Notes: generated by a model from the letters alone, not told the origin. A stretch of DNA of 39,766 nt from an uncultured bacterium (GCA_945871045.1 CAMBUC010000001.1:1-39766); one strand, 5' to 3'. Counted from the first letter of the stretch, positions 1 through 7,953 are shown. Made by a program: numbers and translations.

Positions 1-40
1 AAATCGAGCCGATTTGGGGCAAAATAAGAGAAACATCGGA

Positions 41-98
41 AAAAGAAAAACACCGTTCAACCTTGAAATTTCAATGTTTTGAACGGTGTTTTTCTTTT
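41..98 (-). terminator. 20-bp inverted repeat downstream of the tRNA 3' fragment; probable tRNA terminator
   Basis: AAAAGAAAAACACCGTTCAA (41-60) is the exact reverse complement of 79-98; it directly follows the tRNA CCA on the minus strand. Confidence 0.7.
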
Positions 99-132
99 GG
101 CGCGCCATGTAGGATTCGAACCTACGACCTTC
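98..132 (-). mobile_element. Prophage att site: 3' fragment of a tRNA (probably tRNA-Arg)
   Basis: Minus strand GAAGGTCGTAGG-TTCGAAT-CCTAC-ATGGCGC-G-CCA = T-arm, 3' acceptor strand, discriminator G, CCA. No D-arm or 5' GCGCCAT upstream. Lies 11 bp from the integrase stop. Arg identity is inferred from the acceptor only. Confidence 0.85.
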
Positions 133-143
133 ACAACGTTCGT

Positions 144-1256
144 TTATTTTTCAATGGCTGAGAGTTCGGGTGTCGCAGTGGGTGTCGCATGCAGACTATT
201 TATCAGATCACGTGCTCTGTTTGTCGCTTGATCAGAGCTGTGGGTATAGATTTTAGATGTGACGGATATGTCTGTATGCCCCATCAGCTCACGGGCAACG
301 TTAATCGGGACACCCGCAGCCTGCAGGTCGGTGCAATAAGTGTGACGAAGACAATAGGGAACCAGATCGTCTGCGACACGGTAAGGAGGTAAGGCCCGTC
401 CACGGAAAGATTCGCACCCCATTGCGATATTCAATTCATTTTTAAAATAATCCCACATTCTCTGCATGGATGTTGAGGTAAGACGTCCGCCTTTTGTATT
501 TGTCAGAACGTAATCAAAGGGATCCTCTTTTCTGAACTGTAAATCGGATATCAGAATTTCCGGAATCGGAATAGAACGTTTTCCTGCTTCTGTTTTAGTG
601 GATCCGACGCCTGTCTTTCTCTTTACTGCCGAATCAACGTGCAGCATCTTCTTTTTGAAATCTACATTTCTCCATTGAAGAGCGGCCGTTTCTCCCGGAC
701 GCAAACCGCAAAACAGCATGAGTTTTATCCATAGTCCTGCACGATGATATTCTGCTACTTGCAGAATATATTTGCGCTCCTGCAACGTGATTGCCCGTCT
801 GCGAGAGACCGTTCCTTTCGGTTTGATCAAATGGGACGCTGGATTTTCAAGGACCAGATTATTTGATTTAGCTGTCTCAAAGATCCCGTAAAGCATGTTT
901 GCGATGCGATTGATCATTTTTTTCGAGGAACCTGACATTTCATTCATGACTTTCTGCGTATGTATTGCCCGGATGCTTTTCAGCTGCATATTTCCAAGAT
1001 ACGGCAGAATGTGACATTTTAAACAGGACATATAGCTGATATAAGATTCTTCGCTGACAGAAGGTTTCTTATAGGTTTCCAGCCATTCCAACGCCCAGTC
1101 TTTAAATTTCATGCTCTTTTCGATTTTCCTGACTCCGTTGTCCAGTTCCTGAAGTTTGAGAATTTCTTTCCGGACTAATTCCTTCTCCGTATCCGCCCTA
1201 ATTTTGTATCTTTTTCCTTCAAAGGTAATATCCTTACTGTACTTATATTTTTTCAT
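144..1256 (-). CDS. int: Tyrosine integrase
   Basis: CGLRPGE, K(T)EAG, LRHTYCT, LMGHTDISVTSKIYTH catalytic motifs; GGAG SD. Confidence 0.96.
   Translation of the reverse strand: MKKYKYSKDITFEGKRYKIRADTEKELVRKEILKLQELDNGVRKIEKSMKFKDWALEWLETYKKPSVSEESYISYMSCLKCHILPYLGNMQLKSIRAIHTQKVMNEMSGSSKKMINRIANMLYGIFETAKSNNLVLENPASHLIKPKGTVSRRRAITLQERKYILQVAEYHRAGLWIKLMLFCGLRPGETAALQWRNVDFKKKMLHVDSAVKRKTGVGSTKTEAGKRSIPIPEILISDLQFRKEDPFDYVLTNTKGGRLTSTSMQRMWDYFKNELNIAMGCESFRGRALPPYRVADDLVPYCLRHTYCTDLQAAGVPINVARELMGHTDISVTSKIYTHSSDQATNRARDLINSLHATPTATPELSAIEK
168..189. repeat. Direct repeat GGGTGTCGCA x2; probable integrase arm-type sites
   Basis: Copies at 168-177 and 180-189, close to the att core, inside the int 3' end. 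Confidence 0.55.
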
Positions 1257-1296
1257 ACCATCATCTCCTTAAAATGAGCATAAAAATACCCGGGAA

Positions 1297-1325
1297 TTGA
1301 TTTATCCGGGCTGAGATGATACAAT
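1297..1325 (+). promoter_or_regulatory. Sigma-A promoter upstream of int, opposite strand
   Basis: TTGATT-N17-TACAAT with TG extension. Confidence 0.7.
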
Positions 1326-1331
1326 CTGATT

Positions 1332-1404
1332 GTGAGTCGGGTTGTATCATTACAACCTATTTATTTGATCCGCCCTCCTGCGCCAACAGGAGGGCGAATT
1401 TTTA
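1332..1404 (+). ncRNA. Putative ~70-nt sRNA antisense to the transcript running into int
   Basis: Between promoter 1297-1325 and terminator 1371-1404; no SD-led ORF. Confidence 0.5.
1371..1404 (+). terminator. Intrinsic terminator hairpin
   Basis: CGCCCTCCTG-cgccaa-CAGGAGGGCG followed by AATTTTT. Confidence 0.75.
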
Positions 1405-1411
1405 TTATAAG

Positions 1412-2896
1412 CTATGCCGGATTGCAAATTTTACAAGGCTTATAGCCGGTACTCAGTGCTGCAGAAACACTGCTGAGAGGCACTTTATTGGATGCGCTCA
1501 TTCGTTTTACAGATGAGCAAGTGGATTTGTGGAATATCTTACTGTTCTTATTGCCGATATAGCTGGTTGTGACCGGAGTTTGTGGCTGTGGGTTTACCGT
1601 CGTTCCGCCGCCCGAAGGATTAGTTGGTGTGTTTCCACCCGGAGGCGTAACCAGGGTACTTCCGCCAGTACCGGCTCCCGCATCAGCTATAGTCAGATAG
1701 TTACTCTTATTCAAGTTATAGACTTTTCCGTTTGATGACAGAGAAACAGTACCAGACTTGAAAGTACCGAGCGTTTTACATCCGACTGCAGAAAGTCTGC
1801 TGAGTGTATCGGCAGAAGGGTGTCCATATGTATTATTTGATCCTGCAGAAATTACGGCATACTCAGGATGAATGACACTTAAGAAAGAGCTGGAAGTAGA
1901 TGTTTTGGATCCGTGATGAGCGACCTTCAGCACATCGACATCCTCAAACTTATCTAAATTCTGACTTTCAACATCAGAATCTATATCTCCGGTAAATAAA
2001 GCTTTTACTTTTCCGTAGTTTAATTGAGCAATTACACTGTTGCCGTTTGTATCACCATTATTATCTCCAGTTTCGATAATTTCAAGTTCTGCGCCTCCTT
2101 CAAGAGGAAGTACCATATCAGAATCATCCATGTACTGGGAATTCGGCTCAGACTGTACCGCTGCCCAATAATCGCGGTAAGTTGAGGTCGAGGAAGTATC
2201 GCCGGATCCAATAACTGTATCTACCTGATACGCAGCGAGTACATCATCTAAGCCACCAATGTGATCAGCGTCCGTGTGAGTAGCAATTACATAATCAAGG
2301 GCTCCGTCAACATACGGGCGGAGGTAATTAACTACCTGTTGGCCGTTGGCATTGTTTCCGCCGTCGATCAGCACTTCTGTATTACCAATATCGATGAGCG
2401 CAGCGTCCGCTTGTCCGACATCGATAAAATGTATCTTCAGTAATGGGAATGTGTTATCGACGGAAACGGATTGAGCAGCCTGATTCCAGCTGACGTAACC
2501 GCCAAAAGCCTCCAGCACGGCTCGGATTGGAAGATAAGTGCGATTATCTTTAATTACCGCAACAGTATCGTTTTCGACCTGGTATCCATTAATAGAAATG
2601 TTATTGGATCCGATCGGAACCTTAACCGTTTTTCCATCTTTCTGAACGATAGCAGTACGTGTATTTCTATCCCAATCAACGTCACAACCATAGGCTTCCA
2701 TTGTGGCTCTGAGCGGAACTTGTGTACGATTGGAGCTATCGACAAATGGAGAACCTGTTGACGCATTGAATTGAACGGCGCTACCGTTGATTGTTACACC
2801 GATCTGGGATGCGTACGATTGGATCTGCGGAATAAATACCGACGCAGCTACGAGAGCCAGCGACAAGAATAGCGATAACTTCTTTTTTCTTTTCAT
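1412..2896 (-). CDS. Secreted ComEC/Rec2-like metallo-beta-lactamase-fold nuclease with Cu-amine-oxidase N-like domain and C-terminal Ada-like Zn-binding domain
   Basis: Signal peptide; RTYLPIRAVLEAFG..VSW; IDVGQADA, THTDADHIGG, FTGD, KVAHHGS, YGHP; NSKIFH..C..GYKPCKICNP. ATG 2896 fits SD AAGGAGG. Confidence 0.88.
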   Translation of the reverse strand: MKRKKKLSLFLSLALVAASVFIPQIQSYASQIGVTINGSAVQFNASTGSPFVDSSNRTQVPLRATMEAYGCDVDWDRNTRTAIVQKDGKTVKVPIGSNNISINGYQVENDTVAVIKDNRTYLPIRAVLEAFGGYVSWNQAAQSVSVDNTFPLLKIHFIDVGQADAALIDIGNTEVLIDGGNNANGQQVVNYLRPYVDGALDYVIATHTDADHIGGLDDVLAAYQVDTVIGSGDTSSTSTYRDYWAAVQSEPNSQYMDDSDMVLPLEGGAELEIIETGDNNGDTNGNSVIAQLNYGKVKALFTGDIDSDVESQNLDKFEDVDVLKVAHHGSKTSTSSSFLSVIHPEYAVISAGSNNTYGHPSADTLSRLSAVGCKTLGTFKSGTVSLSSNGKVYNLNKSNYLTIADAGAGTGGSTLVTPPGGNTPTNPSGGGTTVNPQPQTPVTTSYIGNKNSKIFHKSTCSSVKRMSASNKVPLSSVSAALSTGYKPCKICNPA

Positions 2897-2919
2897 AATC
2901 AATTTCCTCCTTCACTGAT

Positions 2920-2952
2920 ATTTCAATCCACGCCTTCCTCGCGGAGAGCGAC
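2920..2952 (-). CRISPR. Solitary type I-C-like CRISPR repeat (no array, no cas genes)
   Basis: Minus strand GTCGCTCTCCGCGAGGAAGGCGTGGATTGAAAT (33 nt): GTCGC start, CGCTCTCC/GGAAGGCG stem, GTGGATTGAAAT end. Confidence 0.8.
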
Positions 2953-3000
2953 TGTATCTATCTGCTCATTAAAGAAAGCGAAAGATTTGCAGGATATTTG

Positions 3001-3279
3001 TCAGCAGAAATATCGTATTTCGCCGAAGTAGGAGACCCATTTTTCTATAATCTCGCAGCTTCGTGACTCGATAATTCTCATGATGTTTCGCAATACTTTT
3101 GAAGGTATTTGAGACTTATTATTGCACAACAAGCATTTTCCGGATCTCGTAATCCAAATTTTTGTTGTATTCTCTGCCGGAGAACCTTGTGAAACATGTA
3201 CGTGCACAGGTTCTAAGGGACGACTCTCGTTCGACCAAAAATAAACATTGTAAGATCCAAGTTTAAAAATTTGAGGCAT
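3001..3279 (-). CDS. DUF4160-family protein
   Basis: MPQIFKLGSYNVYFWSNE..EPVHVHV..TKIWI; overlaps the upstream gene; SD GGAGG. Confidence 0.8.
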   Translation of the reverse strand: MPQIFKLGSYNVYFWSNESRPLEPVHVHVSQGSPAENTTKIWITRSGKCLLCNNKSQIPSKVLRNIMRIIESRSCEIIEKWVSYFGEIRYFC

Positions 3280-3535
3280 TTTCAAATCCTCCTTCTTGAG
3301 AGAATTCAATAATAAGGTGTGCAGTGGATTCAATTACCTCTTGGAAGCGGTCAATATCGTTCTGGGTGAACTGATAAATATCTTCCCACGTATAATCTGG
3401 AAGATAGCAAGTAGCGTGACGGAATCCGTATTTTTCGTCTGGACGCTCAATATAGACTTTTACCCTGCCATCAGGCAGCATATCGGAATGGACGATTTCA
3501 GTATCATCATCCAGTGTCATAAATGGATACATCAT
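3263..3535 (-). CDS. Acidic hypothetical protein, partner of DUF4160
   Basis: 90 aa, SD AAGGAGG, 17-bp overlap with the DUF4160 gene. Confidence 0.75.
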   Translation of the reverse strand: MMYPFMTLDDDTEIVHSDMLPDGRVKVYIERPDEKYGFRHATCYLPDYTWEDIYQFTQNDIDRFQEVIESTAHLIIEFSQEGGFENASNF

Positions 3536-3614
3536 ATCGGTGATCCTCCTTGCATTTTGTCCGCCCCCTTATGTAAATAGAGAGGCGGACTACATTAAAC
3601 GAAGATAAGTTAGA

Positions 3615-4229
3615 TTAGTTTTTTACTGGGATATTGATTTCAACCGGATCACCGACGGAATCAAATGAATCATTGTGTGGCGCATTAATATGGATTGTCA
3701 CGTTTGCCAGGTCATCAGCACTACTGTTTTTTAAAATAAAAATTACATTGCCTGACTTTTTTACGTTTCCGATGAAATCACCGCCTACACTATCGCTCAG
3801 AAATACGCTGGCACTTACCTGTTCTTTTGTATTGGTTGTCATTACTGATTGATCCGGGTAGAAACTGATGGTGTCATCTGAAGTATTTTCAACATCAAAA
3901 TGTACTACAACGACAGCAGCTTCCTTATCTTTTTCGAGATCCAAGAGAGAAGCGGCATCATCAGTTGTGGCTATCAATTTTGAGATCTGAATTTCTGATG
4001 TTGAATATTTTATAGGTCCAGTTTCTCCTCCCAAGTTGATATCTTTGTTCGTGTAAACAACTTCTTTTCTCATTCCGTTTTGTTCTGTAACTTTTCCAAC
4101 ATCTGAATCAGTTTGCTTTTCGGCTTCTGAAGACAGTACAGAAGAATCATCTGATGCTGTACTTCCGCATGCTGCAAAGCTTACACACATAATAGTGGCA
4201 AGACAAAGCGTTAAAATTTTCTTTTTCAT
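3615..4229 (-). CDS. Lipoprotein (DUF4352-like); superinfection-exclusion candidate
   Basis: MKKKIL..FAAC lipobox, S/D-rich linker, beta-rich domain; SD AAGGAGG. Confidence 0.78.
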   Translation of the reverse strand: MKKKILTLCLATIMCVSFAACGSTASDDSSVLSSEAEKQTDSDVGKVTEQNGMRKEVVYTNKDINLGGETGPIKYSTSEIQISKLIATTDDAASLLDLEKDKEAAVVVVHFDVENTSDDTISFYPDQSVMTTNTKEQVSASVFLSDSVGGDFIGNVKKSGNVIFILKNSSADDLANVTIHINAPHNDSFDSVGDPVEINIPVKN

Positions 4230-4392
4230 TTTTATCCTCCTTGTATAAGTAAAATAATTGATAATCAATAAGACATATTTGCAAACATAAATGTTGCAAA
4301 TAAATTATATAATCCATTCAGGATTTAACTTACCGATAACTTGTCCAAAACATTTGTATGCATAGTTCTTTTCCGGCATAATGTCTACGGCG

Positions 4393-4824
4393 TCATTTTT
4401 CAAATTTCAACCGCAACAGTTCCTCGTTTAACCCTTCTGCATATGCAATCTGGCGACGGCTGAATCCTTCGTACTGATAGATCAAATCATCCGGAATCAG
4501 GAGTTCTGCTGCGAAACGATTTGCTTCCATTTCAATCCGGTCTGAGAGAAACAATGTCTTGTGCCGTATAAAATAGCAGTTTTCATTACGATGCATGATA
4601 GCGTGGCCCAATTCATGTGCCATAACCAAACGTTTTTCGCGCTCAGGCAGACTCTCATTTAAGAAGATACAACGATGCCTTTTTAGATACATATAGCAGC
4701 CACAACGGGATCCAAGTGCCCCAATGAGAACTTCTATATTTAAAGCCTTTGCGATTTCAAACGGGTTTCTTGTTTCATATTTATGGATGTAACGAGAAAC
4801 AATTTTTTGTATGTCATTTCTCAA
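4393..4824 (-). CDS. ImmA/IrrE-family metallopeptidase
   Basis: AHELGH and EANRFAAELL motifs; adjacent to repressor; start TTG 4824 or GTG 4833. Confidence 0.92.
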   Translation of the reverse strand: MRNDIQKIVSRYIHKYETRNPFEIAKALNIEVLIGALGSRCGCYMYLKRHRCIFLNESLPEREKRLVMAHELGHAIMHRNENCYFIRHKTLFLSDRIEMEANRFAAELLIPDDLIYQYEGFSRRQIAYAEGLNEELLRLKFEK

Positions 4825-4833
4825 CGCACACAC

Positions 4834-5295
4834 CTACTTTTTATTTTTATTCGGATTATATAATTCCTTATTAATGAGTTTGAGTCGCTTTAACATAATC
4901 TCAACCTGTGCAGCAAACATTTCTCTGTCAGCTTCAGGGATATCCTCTCCGTCAAAACTGGCTGGTCCAGCCTCTTCGTTCGAAAGCTTTTCCATTATAT
5001 TTTTTAAGTCGTTGGCAATATCACGTTCGTCTTTGGGGGTCAAGACTCGGTTCGAGTTTTCGCTATCAGAAACGTTATTAGAAAACGCGTGTAAAATACC
5101 ATCATCTTCAATCAACGCACTTTTGCTGAGCCCGAAATGATCAGCTATTTTTTGAATTGCTCCCATGCGTGGTTCTCTTGATCCTATTTCCCAAGTGTGT
5201 ACAGCTTTCCCAGATACTCCTGCTATTTTGCCTAATTCATCTTGAGTAAGCTCAAAGCGAGATCTTAGCAACTTAATATTTTCAGATACTCCCAT
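4834..5295 (-). CDS. XRE HTH prophage repressor (ImmR/CI-like)
   Basis: LTQDELGKIAGVSGKAVHTWEIGSREP HTH; divergent from cro. Confidence 0.92.
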   Translation of the reverse strand: MGVSENIKLLRSRFELTQDELGKIAGVSGKAVHTWEIGSREPRMGAIQKIADHFGLSKSALIEDDGILHAFSNNVSDSENSNRVLTPKDERDIANDLKNIMEKLSNEEAGPASFDGEDIPEADREMFAAQVEIMLKRLKLINKELYNPNKNKK

Positions 5296-5328
5296 ACGAA
5301 AACTTCCTTTCTATGATGTAGAAAATTA

Positions 5329-5413
5329 TATACTAAAAGTAGAAAAAATACAACAGAAATAACTAATTAATCTACAAAAAGTTCTTGACTGTCTACTAAA
5401 AGTAGAATAATAT
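5329..5413. promoter_or_regulatory. Lysis/lysogeny switch: operators and rightward promoter
   Basis: TCTACTAAAAGTAGA at 5392-5406 between TTGACT (5385) and TAATAT (5408); variants at 5329-5343 and 5371-5385. Confidence 0.8.
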
Positions 5414-5446
5414 AAAATTAAATTAACGCAGGAAGGGGGTGAAAGT

Positions 5447-5659
5447 TTGATTTTGAGTGTAAAGCAAGCTCGTGTGCTTGCAGGTAAAACGCAGCAGGAA
5501 ATGGCTAAATCGATGGGGATTCATAGACATACCTACGCTAAGATCGAACAGGATCCGGAAATAGCGACAATTCGTCAGGCTGAAGAGATAGCGCGGATTA
5601 CAGGGTTTGATCTTGAACAAATTTTTTTCGGACTTAAATCTACTTTTAGTAGAAAATGA
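5447..5659 (+). CDS. Cro-like HTH regulator
   Basis: KTQQEMAKSMGIHRHTYAKIE HTH; SD GGGGGTG. Confidence 0.88.
   Translation: MILSVKQARVLAGKTQQEMAKSMGIHRHTYAKIEQDPEIATIRQAEEIARITGFDLEQIFFGLKSTFSRK
5639..5653. promoter_or_regulatory. Distal operator copy
   Basis: TCTACTTTTAGTAGA = exact reverse complement of 5392-5406. Confidence 0.75.
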
Positions 5660-5727
5660 ACTTTGTAGAAACCGGATATGCAGATTGGCTGCTTATCGGG
5701 AAAACAGTGAGATGGAGGTGGGTACGA

Positions 5728-6576
5728 ATGAACGAATTGAAAATTTTTGAGAACGAAGAGTTTGGACAGATCAGAGCGATTGAAAAGGATGGAGAACCGT
5801 GGTTTGTTGGGAAAGATGTAGCAGAAGCACTTGGTTATGGCGATGGAAATGTAAAAAGTAAAGCCTTAACAAATGCAGTCAACGACCATGTTGATGATGA
5901 AGATAAAACGCTACTTTCTTATAACGAATTTAAGGGGTACCAAAATGGTGACCTTAAAAATATAAGTCATTATGGCGCATACGTTATAAACGAATCCGGT
6001 TTATACAGCCTGATCTTATCCAGTAAGCTGCCAACTGCGAAAAAGTTCAAACGCTGGGTAACATCCGAAGTACTTCCGTCTATCCGTAAGCATGGCATGT
6101 ATGCTATGCCGGACACCGTTGAAAAGATGATTGCGGATCCGGACACCGCTATAAGGCTGTTGACCACTCTGAAGGAAGAACAAAACAAGCGTAAAGTCTT
6201 GGAAGATGAGAACGCACAGCAGAAACAGCTGATCGCAGAGTTTAACCCGAAAGCCAGCTATTACGATGTTGTTCTTCAAACTGCGGATGTTTTGAGTTCT
6301 ACCCAGATCGCGAAGGACTACGGGAAGAGTGCAAAATGGCTCAATAAGCTGCTGCATGAGTTAGGCGTACAATTCAAGCAGGGCAAAACATGGCTTCTGT
6401 ATCAAAAATATGCGGAGCAGGGCTATACGAAGTCTAAGACGGATGTTTACAGTGGAAAAGATGGTAAACAGCACAGCCGCATACATACTTACTGGACGCA
6501 GAAAGGCAGATTGTTCATCTATGATCTGTTGAAATCACAGGGCATTTTACCTTTGGTAGAAGCGAAGGGGGCTTAG
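5728..6576 (+). CDS. Antirepressor (Bro-N + ANT/KilAC)
   Basis: MNELKIFENEEFG..PWFVGKDVA..INESGLYSL..WVTSEVLPSIRK; WTQKGRLFIY; SD GGAGGTG. Confidence 0.93.
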   Translation: MNELKIFENEEFGQIRAIEKDGEPWFVGKDVAEALGYGDGNVKSKALTNAVNDHVDDEDKTLLSYNEFKGYQNGDLKNISHYGAYVINESGLYSLILSSKLPTAKKFKRWVTSEVLPSIRKHGMYAMPDTVEKMIADPDTAIRLLTTLKEEQNKRKVLEDENAQQKQLIAEFNPKASYYDVVLQTADVLSSTQIAKDYGKSAKWLNKLLHELGVQFKQGKTWLLYQKYAEQGYTKSKTDVYSGKDGKQHSRIHTYWTQKGRLFIYDLLKSQGILPLVEAKGA

Positions 6577-6606
6577 GGAAGACCTTGCATGAAGGGAAGT
6601 GAAAAC

Positions 6607-6813
6607 ATGACAAAGACGGATATCAAACGTCAGCTGGAGTCTGCAACGGGCAAATCATTTCTTTGCATCTCAGAGATCGCCCGCTGTCTCGGAATGGGTC
6701 GGGATCACACACGGTCGTTATTGGCAGGTTTGAACTACCTGCCATCCGGGCGCGAGAAAAGGTACTTAATATCCGATGTCGCAGAACGAATTGCAGAAAA
6801 AAGACGCTGTTAG
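6607..6813 (+). CDS. Small HTH DNA-binding protein (excisionase-like)
   Basis: ISEIARCLGMGRDHTR..KRYLISDVAE; position after antirepressor. Confidence 0.6.
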   Translation: MTKTDIKRQLESATGKSFLCISEIARCLGMGRDHTRSLLAGLNYLPSGREKRYLISDVAERIAEKRRC

Positions 6814-6875
6814 TCATCTTTGGGATAATATTGGATCTCAAAATATGCATAGAGCAGGAAAGGAGGCAAAAGTAA

Positions 6876-7040
6876 GTGTTAGATGTAGAAAAAATCAAGG
6901 AGAAGTATGTAATTTTGCTTACGGAAGCCGGCTGTAGAGAGTTAAAGACACAAGATGATGTTCTTGTTGATTTAGTATGTACCGCTGCGGCTTTAGGATT
7001 TGGAAAAGGCTTTGCAGTTGGAAGGGGAGTAAAAGAATGA
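6876..7040 (+). CDS. Hypothetical 54-aa protein (not in ORF track)
   Basis: SD AGGAGG, GTG start, ATGA overlap with next gene. Confidence 0.6.
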   Translation: MLDVEKIKEKYVILLTEAGCRELKTQDDVLVDLVCTAAALGFGKGFAVGRGVKE

Positions 7041-7246
7041 AAAAGATCATCATAGGTTTTGCACTGGCAGCCGGATACATTTTTCTGTGTTACTGGCAGA
7101 GAGGTTATTTGAATCTTATGAGTGATCTGATTGTGATCGCTATGGCGGTGGTCGCGTATGTTGTTTTTTCGGACACAGAAGAGGGATTCGGTGATGTACA
7201 GGAAGCAGCGGGGATGTATGAAAGATGGCATGACGATGCCGCATGA
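7037..7246 (+). CDS. Small two-helix membrane protein
   Basis: MKKIIIGFALAAGYIFL..LIVIAMAVVAYVVF. Confidence 0.65.
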   Translation: MKKIIIGFALAAGYIFLCYWQRGYLNLMSDLIVIAMAVVAYVVFSDTEEGFGDVQEAAGMYERWHDDAA

Positions 7247-7322
7247 GCGAAAAAAGTACCTGTCAGTAAGTAAGGCACACGCCTGTAAACAGAACATGTG
7301 CCTTACGAAATGAACCATAAAC

Positions 7323-7351
7323 ATCATAGCACAAAACAAAGAGTGCAGCAA
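7323..7351 (-). promoter_or_regulatory. Antisense promoter in early operon
   Basis: Minus strand TTGCTG-N17-TATGAT with TGTG extension, upstream of hairpin 7270-7306. Confidence 0.6.
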
Positions 7352-7371
7352 TCCGGAAAGGAGAATAACGA

Positions 7372-7518
7372 GTGGACAAGGAAGTGACAATTTCTGCTCA
7401 CCGGTTTGAATGCTTGGTACGGCGGGAGTTTCTGTATGAATACTTTCGGAGTTTGCTTCTGGAAGGGGAGGATACTGCATCGAGATTAGTTGAAATTGCG
7501 GATGAAATAGAATCTTAA
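7372..7518 (+). CDS. Hypothetical 48-aa protein (not in ORF track)
   Basis: SD AAGGAG, GTG start, VDKEVTISAHRFE.. Confidence 0.55.
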   Translation: MDKEVTISAHRFECLVRREFLYEYFRSLLLEGEDTASRLVEIADEIES

Positions 7519-7530
7519 GAGGAGGAATCT

Positions 7531-7953
7531 ATGGTTATTGAAGTGACGTTAAACAAGCATGATTTTGAAGAAAACAAAGCGGAAAAATGGAAGGCGCTTT
7601 CTGTACTGATGGGGGCAGAAACGGCAGAGACTCACCTTCGGATCAGCAATCCGGCAGAGAGTGCAGCAGTCCCGGGAACTTTGGAGAAAACTACGCCGGA
7701 TGTATCTTCGGTATCCGCACCAGAAGCATCATCGGCTCCGGTGCAGCCGGCGGGAACTGCAGTTCCGACAACAACGCCGACCTATACGCTGGCACAGCTG
7801 CAGGGGGTGATCGGGCCGCTGTTGTCTGCGGGCAAAGGCCCGGAGCTTCAGAGCTTGCTTGCAAAGTATGGGGTAGCTCAGATGACAGATCTCAGAGCGG
7901 ATCAGATGGATTTGTTTGCTGCGGATCTGAGGGCGATGGGGGCGCAGATATAG
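7531..7953 (+). CDS. Phage protein preceding DUF2800 (P/A-rich linker, C-terminal helical domain)
   Basis: SD GAGGAGG; ..YTLAQLQ..LLAKYGVAQMTDL. Confidence 0.75.
   Translation: MVIEVTLNKHDFEENKAEKWKALSVLMGAETAETHLRISNPAESAAVPGTLEKTTPDVSSVSAPEASSAPVQPAGTAVPTTTPTYTLAQLQGVIGPLLSAGKGPELQSLLAKYGVAQMTDLRADQMDLFAADLRAMGAQI

Noticed and set aside
98-170. Complete tRNA gene
   Set aside because: Only the T-arm and 3' acceptor strand are present; the upstream sequence is the integrase end
7587-7952. N-terminal extension of the DUF2800 ORF in the track
   Set aside because: Overlaps the SD-led 7531-7953 gene; recognisable motifs start at GTG 7953
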